Positions 25,501 to 38,914 of a stretch of 64,000 nucleotides of DNA are shown here, one piece after another. The notes below the pieces were generated by a model. That model ran no database searches. It was not told the DNA's origin and saw only the letters and a program-made list of their open reading frames with translations. Both the position numbers and the translations under genes were made by a program. Origin of the DNA: Dimorphilus gyrociliatus (taxonomy: Eukaryota > Animalia > Annelida); NCBI GenBank assembly GCA_904063045.1, contig CAJFCJ010000003.1, positions 2,466,504-2,530,503 on the forward strand, in the 5' to 3' direction. Position 1 is the first letter of the stretch, and each line of letters begins with the position of its first letter.

Positions 25501-28500
25501 AATTATTAATAAATTTTCCCTAAACAATTTCCCTCATTCTTTACAACTTTTCCTCTCTTTCTGTCTCCGTCTCTTTATTCCCTTTCCTCAACCTCCTACT
25601 ACTCTCCCGTCACTTTTAAACTCTCTTATATCTCATTTTTATATATAGTGTATGTATACTCGGTCCCGAAAGACTTCTTTTCATTATTTTTACCTTTTTA
25701 TAGATAATTTTTTTTATTTCGATCGTCTTCCATTTTTTTCGATTAGTAAAGTGATATCGTTAATTATTTGCGTTCAACGATATTCTATACATTTGTAAAT
25801 TTTTTTGCCCAAAAATATGGACGCTTTCTCAATTTTCCGCACGACTAGCCTGCTTCGGTCGTCATTCTTCGTTACGTTTAACAATTGCCTATATTCTTAT
25901 TTTCTCTATATTATATTTGTGCAGTATTAATAGGTTCGTATGGGAAGTTATTGCTTTATTTGATGTACAAATATAACATATTTGAGAGGTAAACTGTATA
26001 TACTTTTAACCGGGTCTCAGTGTTGGGTTAAACCTTTACTAGGGTGGTAATGTTAATTTGTTTTTCATACTAATTTAAGATTCAACTCATATAAACCGAT
26101 TAGCAGCTATTTACTTTAATATATACTGTTCTGAGGATGAAATAATATTTGCATTTAAGATATGATATGTAATATTTAAATTATCATTTCTTAATGAATA
26201 TGGATGCATTCTAGATGTGGAATGTTATTAGTCCTATACTATGCCAACTCTTGCAAAAGTAAAAACGTCTGTTAATTAAATATGGCCTAAATAGAAGACT
26301 ATTTTATGAAAAACAACTAATTTTCTATTATTAAAAGTACTAAAATGTATATTATTTTATTATTGAGTCTAGTGATTTTTCAACATAAAAACGCTGTGAC
26401 CAAATAAGCTTACTTTGCAGTATAAATTTATGAAGCACTCTACGCTTGCTGATTTAGAAATTTATAGGTTTTTCTCTTTTCTATGATTTGCGGGCCACAA
26501 GTCTTAATCATAAAAAGCTAGGAATACTTGTCCTATATATATGTAATATTTATAATTATATAAAGAAATTTATTTTTTTTATATCTAATCCCCTATCTAT
26601 ATGGTTTATTTTCTATCCTTGACCCAGTCAATTTAATGAGAAAGCCTCCTACGAGGGTAATATATTTTTGGATTGTAGATAAGTTTGGAAAGATAGAGGT
26701 CAATGGCTGAATTTATTAAAACTAATGCATTTAAAATTTTACAACTTTTACCCAATACTATAAAGTTATTTTTAGTAGAAAGTCTGAGACTTTCAACGAA
26801 GATATAGCATAGTAAAAGTTTTATTAACTTTTCTCTTCTATCTGGTAAACTTGTTTTGACAAACAATTAAGCGTCTATTAGAATTTTCTAATTAAACAAT
26901 CGCTAAAGAATGTTTTTAGATTAAACTCGTCAATTGTTACATGTCTTAAGTAAGCTGTAATTGAAGAAAAATCACTAGTTATTCCCCAAACAATTTTGTA
27001 TCTTTATTATTTATCCAACTCCTGGCTTCCCAATCGTATCATGAAAAAGCGCGAAAGAAGCTGCACGCTAAAGGTAAGTCTTGTAAAATGTAAAAAAAAA
27101 TATAAAAAAGAGCAAAGCGTTAGTATGAAAAAGAAATTGATCTACACCACGCTAATTTTGTTGCTTTATCGCAAAAGTTGGAGAATCAGAAAGTTATGAC
27201 AGCTAGTTGAGAAATATCAATCCTCCTTTGGTAAGTGAATTCCCATCGGACACTTAAAATTCGCATTTACCTCCCACTCGAGAAGAGGAAAAATTGAAAA
27301 AGCCGAAAAAAGCACTTACCGTAATCACTAAGCCAGTAGTAGTTAGTACTTGCGACCTTTCGTCCTGTTGTATACACAAGGAAATCAGAACAAGTTATTG
27401 TAAACAGCTAAAAAAAGTAGGCTTAGTACAGGATGGAAAAAGAGATAGGGTTTTATAAGATAGAGTAAACAAAGGAAGAAAATAACCTTTTTTTTTTTGT
27501 TTTAAAAAAAAAAGTAGTCATTGAAATATTTTAAGTGTAAAATATTTTGGTTGAATAAATAAGGAAAATAGGAGACTTAGAACTCTTATTTTACGCTTTT
27601 TGCCTTATCGAATGCCACCAGGAAAAGGTGGCTTTTGAATTATTTAAAGAATCGAAGAAGTCAAGCCGGCGTTAGTTGATCTGTAACGGATTTGGATGCA
27701 GTGAAGCGTATAAACTAATGGATCCCCGTTCGACGATACGCTTCTAAATTGCGGTAGCAACTTTTACTTTCCCTCCCCTGGTCTTTTATTTTCTCTCTCT
27801 TCTCTCTTTCCTATCTCTCAACGATTTCTCAATATTCAAATTGCTTTTACTTTATCAATCTTTCTCTCTTTCGATAATCCTAAATTCTTTTTTAAGCGTT
27901 CTTTTTATTGAACCGTCTCGTTTCTGTCTAGAAGAAATGGACGATACGTTGTACGCTAAGTGCAAAAGAAGAGTGAACAAGAGAGAGAACGAAGAAATCC
28001 GAGATTACACTGCACAAAAACTAAGAGCTGGTGTATGTTCAGTATATCTGCATTGACTATTCTGTCATCGAGCTGACATTTTGAAATATATGTTTGCAGA
28101 ATACACCTCGAATTGCAGGCCACCACTTGGCCTAATAGGTTTTTCTCTCTTAGATCTAGGATTTGATAAATACTTGTCAACGGCGTTATAAATTGCAAAC
28201 GGTTGTAGTTTGTAGTTTATAGTATTCCTATTGTAAACTATATTCACGTAAATGACAAACTATCAAATGAGAAGGAAAGATATCATTTTCTTTGCATTGT
28301 ACCATTGTTGGAAACTTTTTAGGGAACATGGTTATAAAAATGAAAAGTATAAAGCCGTTGAACTGTAAAAAAGAGAGTGTTTAAATATGTAAATGAATTT
28401 TATGAAGTATCTTTGATGAGAGAGAATTTTATCATCTGTTTCCATTTTTACGTTGTAGACAAAATCTGACATTTCCAAAAGGTTTACATAAAATATTATA

Positions 28501-29921
28501 TGCATCTAAATTATATTATAGAATTTAGTCAATATTTGTTGAAATTGTTCTATAAAAGAGACATTTTTCACAATCCTTTTGAAAGGACTTTTGAGAATTA
28601 GGGATTCGCTTCCCAAATAATTCTATATAGCCCCTATTTTATTCCTAGTTCCCTACTCAAATCGTTTTTTCCTACCCTCTTAACTATAAATCATACTGCG
28701 ATTAAATTTATTGTTGGTAGGCTTAGTTCTTATACCGTGACTTTTTTAATTAGATAGTAATTAATATTTATTTAAATTATTATCTTTAGTCTGAGAGTAA
28801 CTTTATAAGTTAAAGAAAAGAAGGAAAAAAATAGATAACGAAATATTTCAACCAATCTGTAATATTTCGTTATCGACGCGAAACAGACACGTTGTTTGTC
28901 CGTCGGCGATTTTTGCAGCTGTTTTGATCCAAAAAGTTATAAAAGAATATAATATAGTTATTATTGCTTTCTTTTTTTTACGTACATACGTGTAAGTAAA
29001 TACTTATTATAAATAGTGTAAAAATATCCGCTATTTCCGTTTTCAATCCTATTTCTTTCATTTAACGATTTATGAAATGATAATTACATAACCTTTAATT
29101 TAGTCACGTAACTCAAATACTTGACGCTTCGGCGATTCCTTCTTAAAATCTTACAAAGTCGATTTAGTAAAGTCCATGACGTGAGTAAGAAATAAAATAC
29201 AATTGTTGTTGACCATGACCCTTTAGGATGACAATCCTACTTTTTCTCCTAAATACGAGGATGACCATATAGAATATAAAATGAAAAAGAAATATTTCCT
29301 TCCAGTAGTATAACTTGGATAACGAGTGTTAGTTTTGCCTTATCACGTCCTCATTCGTTGAGTTTGTATATATTAGCTAATCAGATTAGACGATTTACAA
29401 GCTTTTCGTAGCGCGATTTCGTCGTTATCTAATTCGTCTTCATTAAAATATCATGTGACTGCTATTCTCCATCTCTTTCTCCCTACCCTCTATAACCTTT
29501 CTCGTCTATTCTTCATTTTCTTTTTTTCCCTTTCTTTTCTATATTTCCCTCTCCTTTCTCACTTTCATTATTTTTCCGTTTTGAGAGAGAAAGTGATATC
29601 TCTCTCCCCCATATCTACTAGTCTTGAATAACAAACATTAAAGATATTTCTCCAACGAGTATAAAATAATGAAAAATATAAAAAAAAAACAGAAAAAAAA
29701 GCCGCAGGAAGAGAAATTTATAAACAAAAACGTGTTCAATCAATAAAATTACGATTTCTGTTTTAAATAACTAACATATAGAAAATAAAAACTGCGTACA
29801 AGATATTAAAAAAAAAAGAATATCCCACTTTTTTGCGGTTAATTAACAGTATTTTTTACGATTCATTCTAGAACTGTAATTAGTAAACAAAAACTTTGTA
29901 TGACAGACAATGCGGATCATA

Positions 29922-29970
<49 letters not shown>

Positions 29971-32248
29971 ATATATCATATATATTCTTTCTTTTCTTCA
30001 GATGTTTTTATGTATAAACCTACCTATATAAACTAATTTTCTCTCTTAACAATGTTAAATAAATGCTTCTTTTATGTTATTTAGGAAGAAAAAGCGAGAA
30101 AAGGGGAAAAGCATTTTTTTCATTGTGTTAATATAGAGTAGAAAAGAGGAGGGTAAAATATACCCTTCAGTCTTTTCTCTTGCTCTCTCTTTCTTTCACC
30201 CCGGTTCCTAGAAATGATGTTAGCCCGCTGAATATGATATATCAGGACTTGTGATTGTAATAATCACGACGAAAATATAATGTATTTGTGACTGACCTAG
30301 GATAAATGAGAATGAAGAAGATATAGTAGGAAGCGAATTGGATGCGGATAAAAAAGTATTTAGGCTTTTGTTTCACTAAGTTATAATTTATATTGTTGAT
30401 GTCATATGAATGTTAATAGAAGGTTTTTAATAGTTTGTCATATAAACATAAGAACATCATTATACATATATCTACTGACTTTTTGATTATGACGTCATAA
30501 ATCAGAAGAGGCCGCTATCGAATTAAATACACAGCTTCTAGCGAAGAAAGTATATTTTATTCGATCATAACATAATATTATATATTATAGCTCTCATTGT
30601 ACAAACTACTCAAAGCATTGTACAGTATATTTCTATTATTAAAGGGCTATATGGGAAATAAATATCTTGAAATTCATACTCGTTTTGAGATATTGGCTTT
30701 TTAATAAACCTAATTAGGGTTTTTTAAATAAAAGGCCTTTGAATATTAATTATCAGTCGCAATTACTTAAGAAAATCCTCTTTATATGGTCCACTTCCCT
30801 TAAGGAATAGAATTTATCAGAGGCATGACCCTTTGTCTGACCTCTTTATCAGTAGCAAACGTATTTTGGATATATCGCCAAATGACTTTTCTGATACTTT
30901 TCTCCATTACCAGGATATAAATTTAACACTTTGAAGAGAAAAATAAAAGAAAATGACTGTCTTTTATAAATAGATTGCATTAAACGTTTTCTCCGATATA
31001 TATTCTTGCACCTAACGACCTATTTTGGGATCAGGGCGTCACTAATCTCCTTATAACTGCAATATGAGCTTCTTATCAGACAAAATAATCAGGGAAGCCG
31101 AATAATCTTTATGCTTGGAGGTATTTCTAATATCAAAAACTTTAATAATTAATCTAAAATTACTCAAATATTATATAATAAGTTAAATAATGAACTTTTA
31201 TATTCCGTCTACTGTAAACTTTATTTTCATTTTCGATTAGATATAAACGATCTTGAATCGAAAGAGAGACGGTAAACTAAAGTAGAGGAAAACGTCGTAA
31301 AAATAGGAATGAACTGATTGAGGTCGATTAGAAACACTTCGTTAAAATACATCCCGCTATAAAAGCTTGTCTATTTTCAAAGCAGTATCCAATCCGTTTA
31401 ACGACTGGCAGATTTAAAAGAAAAACTGTAAAAGATCAACAAAGTTTTGTTTACCCTGCAAAAACGCTTTTCAGATCGATAGGCCTAAAGTTAGGAAGTT
31501 GAGGGCGTATATGAGTTTTGCGTAAGAATAAAAATTGTGGGTGGAAGTACACGGAAAAGGAAAACGAGTGGACAATAGGAAAAGAAAACATATCAAGGAA
31601 AGAAAATAATAAATATGTGTCAGAATATTTTTTCTCTCGAAGAAAAGATAAAACAGGCACAAATAGTGGGAGAGATAAAAAAAAGAGAAAAAAATGGAGG
31701 AGAGAGAGAGAGAGAAAAGGAATTGTAAGAGAGAAGGGGTATTTTCTAATTAAATTCCATCTGTCGTGAATAAATTTTGGAAAAGCCTTTGGGCAAAAAC
31801 AAATTATTATTTGAACAAGTTAGATAGGAGAGGGGGCGAGAAAGAAACATTTTTTCTCGCGCTCAAATAATAATTTTCGAACCCCGTCATAAATAAATAT
31901 GTTGAGACGAGTATAGGCGATCATGCATAAAATTATAGGGCGTGAGCGGCGTCTAGACTTTATTTGGTATAGGGTTCGATTGAGTAGTTAGAAAAGAAAA
32001 AAGAGGCGAAATTGAAAGAATTCATTTAAGGAAATAAATAAACTAATGATAATTTCAAAGTTAAGCTGAGTAACTTACTAATCCTTGAATTCGAAGTAGT
32101 AGAAATTCTATGGTGACTTTTACAGTATTATTAACGTCCTTAACGCCTCTTGCGTCTATATCGTAGTCGACGAGTAGATAATTCAATAATCGCTGTTCAA
32201 CGGATATTCTACTATTCTTTTTATATTTCTGGCATCTGTCCTTCTTGC
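22523..32248 (-). CDS. Cys-loop ligand-gated ion channel, nAChR alpha-type subunit (divergent); signal-peptide exon not resolved. Exons 32248-32079, 27364-27320, 25460-25351, 24222-23976, 23917-23626, 23085-22523
   Basis: Cys-loop CDIDIRYFPFDEQLC, loop C vicinal CC (ILPCCPDTRYP), cation-type GEKISLG before TM2, four TMs, and 45-nt and 110-nt exons typical of nAChR genes. All phases join in frame. Confidence 0.92.
24532..24539 (+). promoter_or_regulatory. CTCF-like core AGATGGCG, intronic in the nAChR gene
   Basis: CCGTCAGATGGCGT. Confidence 0.4.
29925..29966. repeat. (TA)n microsatellite
   Basis: About 21 TA units in an nAChR intron. Confidence 0.95.
30487..30500. promoter_or_regulatory. 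CRE palindrome (TTATGACGTCATAA)
   Basis: Perfect 14-bp palindrome around TGACGTCA in an nAChR intron; enhancer role is inferred. Confidence 0.45.
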
Positions 32249-33090
32249 CTATAAAGAAATTACAATTTTTTGTTACATAATTACAGAATAAATACACAAT
32301 TATATTACGTAATAAACTGGAAAAAAGTGATAAACTAAAGTTACTATAAATCAGTTGACCTCCTCCCACTATACAACCCTCCCTTTTCACTTTCCTGCCT
32401 TTTCCTTAGTTAATAGGAAAGGAAAACGTTGTCGGTCAGAGTAACTGTGACAGATTGAACCGTTTAACGATATTCCGTTACCAATATATATAATACGGAA
32501 AATAAGGTATAAAACATCTATGATTCTACGAATATTTGTTAAATCGGTTTATCAAAAGTATATATATATATATATAAACCCATAATTTATATCTTAGGAT
32601 ATATATATATATAAGTATTCTGTATATATCCGCACCTTACATTTCAGCAAAAAACTACGTTGATATTCGTCTTAAATTGCACAGCTTTGCTTGCTTTTAC
32701 TAATAACAGCATTTTGTTATTACCGCTGTTCGAGAAAATAGGTCCTATCCCTCTATTTACTATACAGAGCGTCACCAAATAAAAGATCCAGGTAGTAAAT
32801 AAATGTAAATAAATTAGATCAAGTTAACTTTCTATGCTGATCCAAATAATGAGCCCTACATGACTAAAAAGCTAAAAGTAAGGAAAATATATTTCTCTCT
32901 GGAGCGGACGTTTGAAGAAAATATGAAAAAGAATGAAATAAGGGAAGATTAGAGGGAAACGAAAGGGATAAGGAGAATTTTTTAGGGAGCATGTGTTATA
33001 ATGGTAAAAATAGTTTTGCTGATTGGCGAGCGACGATCTGTAAAATTTTTTCCAGTCTCGTACATTGGAACGTCGTCGTTATATACGTAC

Positions 33091-33174
33091 CTTCTTTAAA
33101 TAATCTAGAATTCGCCCCCTCTCTGAAAGTTTTTCTGTTCTTTAGCTGTTTTCCGGTTGAAAATTTCTGGGTGA
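33091..33174 (-). CDS. Candidate 84-nt phase 1-1 nAChR N-terminal exon
   Basis: Flanked by ttttgcag and gtacgt. It is stop-free only in the frame that joins the 32248 exon (TQKFSTGKQLKNRKTFREGANSRLFKE-GKKDRC). Confidence 0.4.
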
Positions 33175-36100
33175 CTGCAAAATAATAAGCGGTTTATTTG
33201 TGCGTAAACAATATGATTGTCTATCAAAGGTCAGCCAGCTCGATTTACTTTTTACTTATTATCTAAAAAAATCTATATCAATTGTGGTTTCTATTGGAAT
33301 TTATTATTACTTAATCATGTACAATCACGTGATATTTCTTCCAACGAAACTACCATTCCTAAGAATATAGCTAATAAATAAAAATTGACATAATATACTT
33401 TTTATTCCTTTGACAAATATTTCCCATTTGGTGTTTTTTCTTCTTGTTTTTCAACAAACATATTTATTATTAATTATTTCCTATTTAGTTATGAATCCTC
33501 ATTAATCCCTCTTGTTGCGTAATCAAAAAAGTAATTTTAAATATTGCAACAAGCCAAATAATTGTACAAATGTCGCTTTAACAAATACAAAAAAAATATA
33601 GTTTGCTGTTATTATAATCGTTTTTTTTTCCTCCCAAAAATTTAATCGCTATTGTAGACTATCGAGAGAATTGTCTTAATCCTATAAGTGTGTGTATTAG
33701 TATTTATGAACAGTTTTTTACAATACATGTACTATATCTTTTATTTAAGTGTCTTTGAATGGCTTTTTAGATAAAAAACAAAGAGCATCTGCATTAAATC
33801 ACTAAAATAAAACAAGCCATCTAAATTGACGTTCAGATGGCAAACAAAATGTAAAAAGAAAACAGATTCTTCTGGGACAGTTGAAAGAAGGATAGAAGAG
33901 CTGTTTGGGATAGTGGTTGTGTTTCGTTTAATTCTTAATTAATATCTTTTGATGGCATTATTCATATCTTTTCTAAGAAGATACTAAACCGAAAAAGCTG
34001 TCGCAACTACAACCACTTTACGAATAAAGTTGCTTAATTCATTTGTCAATTGATGAAGATAACTTTATTAAAATTAATAATTATTTACTGTAATAAAAAT
34101 ATGTAAAGTAGTTTTAAGCTGTAATTCATAATAGCGGAATAAAAACCATGGCATCTCCCTTAAGCGGAAGAATGATTTTTCATATGATAAATTAAGGTAG
34201 TTTGAACTATAATTTAGGAAACATTAGCGTGAAGTAACCTTTAACAATTGCCTGTAAAACAATGAAATCTAAATTCTAATAATATTGAATTTGTTATTAA
34301 TAGAATATAATAGAACTTATTTCATACCAGAACTCTTTCCACAATCAGCTGTCAGCCATATAATTTCCCCTAATGTGCATACCAACAGCAACTTATTTAT
34401 CCTCATTTTCCAGTTTGTAGCATACTGTAGTTACACAAACTTTTTCTTCTTTCTTCTCTCCAGACTTTCTTTTTTACTCACAGAAAAACTTAATTTTGTT
34501 GTTTTGTTCGTTTAGAAAAGTAGAAATATTTTTATTTTGTTTACTTTCAAATTAAACAAACAAAAAAAAAACAATTGTAAAAAGTGGGCACGTTAAATAT
34601 CCGAAAGTGGCGGATAATCCGTCTAGCGTCCTGATTCTGCCATACTGAGACAGTCTACAGCAAAGTGCTGTCTGAATTTAGGCCCGCCAATCGAAAGTGG
34701 CGCTTCGGGTTGTACTTTTTTTCACCCTCTTTGATATAAATGTGTAAAAAAAAGGGAGAGGGAGAGAGAAATTTGCTTCCAATTGTAGCAATTTGAATAG
34801 TAATAATAGATTTTAAATTTAGTTAAATATAATATATATGGCAATGAGAACTGTATATATAAATGTATAAATATAGTACATAAATATACTGTAGACAAAT
34901 ATATATATATATAAATCGTATATGACATATCGTTCATACATTCATAGATAATTAATATACTGTTCATTGTATACTCTAATATAAATTAATTAAATTGGAT
35001 TGTTTGCATTTTTGAAATACCTTATTAATTAGGAAAAATGAAGAGTTATGTTTATTTATTCCTTTATTTATTATAAATAATGCATATAAAGCAATAAATC
35101 TGACTAAAAAATAAATCTGTTGATAGCCATTGCACGGTTCAAGAGTTAACATTTGACCTAAGCAAAATCGAATGCCGTCTCTTTTCTTGTAATATTAGGA
35201 TTTATCTGTATGAAATGTTTACTTTTTTGCATAGATTTGGAATCTAGTCGTTCTATTAAAGATGTCCTATATGCAATTCGATAAGATCTTACCATATACG
35301 TCGATCTACAGTTTGTCATGGTTGTTTGCCAGACGTGTTCTTCTTTATAAATACGGAGTGACGCCCGTAAATGACGACGTTTATCGACATTTTCAACGCT
35401 TAATTGCGCCAATAAAGACTCTTTAAAGGAAATATTAACGATGAGGATTGAGGGGTATTTTGGAAACAGATTTAGAAATGAACTTTTTAAGTGTCAATTA
35501 CTTTTTCCAGATTATTAGTCGCTAAAACCTTTAAATTTCTCTAGGCGTTCTTCATTTTGCTGTAGGTAAGTTAAATATTAACTGAAACCGTTAAGAAAAA
35601 AGTATAGGATTTATAATCAGATAAGCGATTTATCGTTAAAGGGTACTCGAACGAAAAATTGAGTGATATTACAAACTACACACTCTTGAAATACTGATTT
35701 ATCATGTATACAAACAATAAAGTGCGTGTAAACGACTTCATAGATATTTGTATATAGGCCTTTGATGACCATATGTCAGTTTGTAGTGTAGTAAAATATA
35801 AGAGGTAATCTATAAATGGAAAATATTCGTAGCAAGTCTCTTTAGCTTATTATCTTGTCTGGTACGTACCCAGATTTGTGCTGAGGAAGATAAATATTCT
35901 AGAAGATACGGTGCTGACATCTTTTTTTTCTTTTATAGTTTCGTGATCATATTCCTAATTAAAAATACTTTCACACTAATATCTCTTCAATTCTGTTAGG
36001 CTAACGCGCTTAATCGTTATAAACGACAGTCGATGCGATTAACTTGCTGATGGTATGCGTCACTTTTATCATTAAATAATTTATATATTGGTTTTTTAAA

Positions 36101-36707
36101 GTTTAAGAAGAAAACTTATAAAGTATAAAATATGGATAATCGATACTTGACAACCCTTTTTGCTCTGCTTTCTCGTCACTTATACATTAAAAATCCACCG
36201 GGTATTAATTGAATTTCAAGTATTGCTATATGAATAAACAACTACGTATATATAAACTACTTTTGACAAATTTCTCTTGTTTATTAAATAGAACATTAAC
36301 AAACAATAGGCCTTAACCTTTCCAATAAAACTATGATATCATTCAAGGTTAGTCGAAGGTTAAAAGTCATCGTTTGAAGACGGTAAAGACATTAGTTTTC
36401 CTTTAAGATTCCAGTTCACTCATTCCCCTTTTTCATCTCTCTCCTTCGAGGGATGTTACATCTGCTCAATGTCAATCCGGATTCCCAGAATTTTGTAAAA
36501 CAAGCTTGACAGCGAACGATGCTTTTTTAGATAGCAGTATGTCAATTTGTAGCCTAATTTCTTCCGAAAAGAGGACGAGTCTGGGAGCGTTTCAGTTAAA
36601 ATTGAAAGGGAGGAGATTAAAAATATGAAACGAAAATTCAATCTGTATTCCATATAGACCTCTTAGAAATTAAATTATCCTTTATTCAACTAACTATCAG
36701 AAATAAG

Positions 36708-36708
<1 letters not shown>

Positions 36709-36750
<42 letters not shown>
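36709..36750. repeat. (TA)n microsatellite
   Basis: About 21 TA units. Confidence 0.95.
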
Positions 36751-36754
<4 letters not shown>

Positions 36755-37532
36755 TGTATGAGGTAAAAATAGGAAAAAAGCGCCTGGGTGTGGTTTTCAT
36801 GGATTTTTTAAACAACCCGATGCTGGATACGGCTAAGTCATCTTTTTCCGGTGGAACTATAAAACTGTCGAAAATCTCTCAAGAAAATGTCGACAACGCA
36901 GTCATTGTATACTATCTAATCAAATTTACGACCGCCATTAACTGCTTCGGACGTTGATCTTTTTGCGGCCGCCGATAATCACCTTTTTTTTTCATCCATC
37001 AATCAGTAAGCAACAGGAAAGTAGATTGTCTTATTTATCCGTTATCTATCATCATAACAACGAGCTATACTGCAAAAATACTTCAACCTACCCCTTTTTC
37101 CCTATTTCTCCCTTTTTATTACCTATTCTGTCTAATTTTATTCCGTTATATTCCGTTCTTTCAAGATTTTAAAGCTTTAAAAAAACTCTCATCTTCTTTC
37201 AAATTCTCTTTTTGCATATCAACTCTTTGCTCATAGCAAATATTGTGATATTCAATACCATTGATTGTGACCTAATTATTAGCAGATGCTCGAATATACT
37301 TTTCACTGTATTTGCCTCCTCTGCGTCACGTTCTTAAGACTAGTGTCCTCTATTTGTCATATCTATTTTATTCATCTCCTTAACTTTTCTCTTATTTTGT
37401 AGTAAAGAAACAAATTTAAATTTGTAAAATTTCTTAGGTCTGAAACTTCTTACTTTAATAATATTTACGTTGGGCCGATTATCCAAATTCCTTTACCCCG
37501 CAAGTATTTCAGTCAGTTGGGGACACTACTAG

Positions 37533-37540
37533 CGCCATCT
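37533..37540 (-). promoter_or_regulatory. CTCF-like core
   Basis: TAGCGCCATCTG (reverse complement CAGATGGCGCTA) upstream of the nAChR locus. Confidence 0.5.
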
Positions 37541-38870
37541 GAAAAAAATTGTCATTAAAGCGAACCAATTTGTAAAAAAAGAAACTAACATCAAGATCTA
37601 AATATTATTCCAACCTAATCTTTTAAGAACAAATCGACAAATGAATCATTCCCAAAGGAGTCTTCTAAATTATCAGACCGCCGACAGTCTTTCAAACTCT
37701 TATGCAATGACAAAAAAAGCTATTTTAGAATCAACACCTGTCCTAATTACTGCCTCGAGTCAAATTATCCGATTAAGGTGATTTTTCCATCTGGCCAGGT
37801 CATCAACAAAAGAAAAGACTTTATTGCACCCTTTGGGCAAGTAAAAAGAACATTACAACTTGGTAACTTGAGGTTTAAGATAATTCGTTTTTTTTCTTTT
37901 TAAATTATAAAAATTTAAGATAAGTAGGGAATTTTTCATATCACTATATACTGTATATACTGCATATATTAACTTTACTTTTATTAGTAGAACCAATTAA
38001 CAAACGAATTGAATCTTGTAATAAAAAGTTAGTATATCCCATAATTGTTATTTGATGCCTCATCTTACGATATACAACTATCTGTAGTTGATAATAATAT
38101 CTTTTTTTTTGCAGACTACTCTTCCAGCGTTGGAAAATCATGAATAATTAACGTCTTACGTAATGTTTACATTTTAAATTATTACTATTATAAATGAGTG
38201 AAAGATAACTTTATAACCATCTTTCTTTTGCCAAGAAATAGCTATATTTAATTGAGAACTTGTTAGGGATAATAACTAAGTTTTTACACAGTTTATTCTG
38301 CATAACTGCGACTTATAGTTCTAAGGCGGTTAGAGTTTTGGTCATTACATAGGTTTAATTTCATCTTATATCTCTGGGGGGAAAGGAAATTAAACTCATT
38401 AATTGAATGGTATTCTCATTCGACCCGAAACTCGAAATTTCCTTTCTCTTTCAACCCAGTTGATTCCGATTATTTATCCCATTTTCCTTTCCCTAATTTT
38501 CTACTGCTGTGCTCATTGTCTAAACGTATTCAATTTAACTAGGGAATATTATGTATTTAGCTGGTTCTACGACCATTATTTTAAAAAAAATGTTGTGTTT
38601 TCCGTTCAATAAAACTTTAATTACAGCTTTCTTTTTTTATCTAAACAAGTTCAGAAGAATCTTTGTAGATAATATAAATTTATGGTTTATAGCAAATATC
38701 ATAAATCTAAGCTTTTTCTGCTTTATAATTTCACATATATAGCATTAAAATACTAACAAAAACGTCAGTTTAATACAAATGAAGAAGAAAAAATAATAAT
38801 TTTTATAATACTAAAAACATATTGACTGTGAAAACTTTAGTTCTCCTTTTTTTGACGGAAGTTCATCTAG

Positions 38871-38878
38871 CGCCATCT
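38871..38878 (-). promoter_or_regulatory. CTCF-like core in the Flattop promoter
   Basis: TAGCGCCATCTACAGG, 116 bp upstream of the CFAP126 ATG. Confidence 0.55.
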
Positions 38879-38901
38879 ACAGGATTGTACTAGAACGAAT
38901 C

Positions 38902-38914
38902 GTATCCTAGCAAC
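38902..38914 (+). promoter_or_regulatory. RFX X-box in the Flattop promoter
   Basis: GTATCCTAGCAAC fits GTNNCC-N-RGYAAC and lies 73 bp upstream of the ATG of a ciliary gene. Confidence 0.6.

Noticed and set aside
31451-31769. ORFs in purine/pyrimidine-rich tracts (also 49432-49635, 55883-56110, 63305-63586)
   Set aside because: Low-complexity (GA/TC)n-derived open frames without splice or homology support.
31940-31990. GGTTCGA (tRNA T-loop-like)
   Set aside because: No cloverleaf stems or A-box could be built around it.
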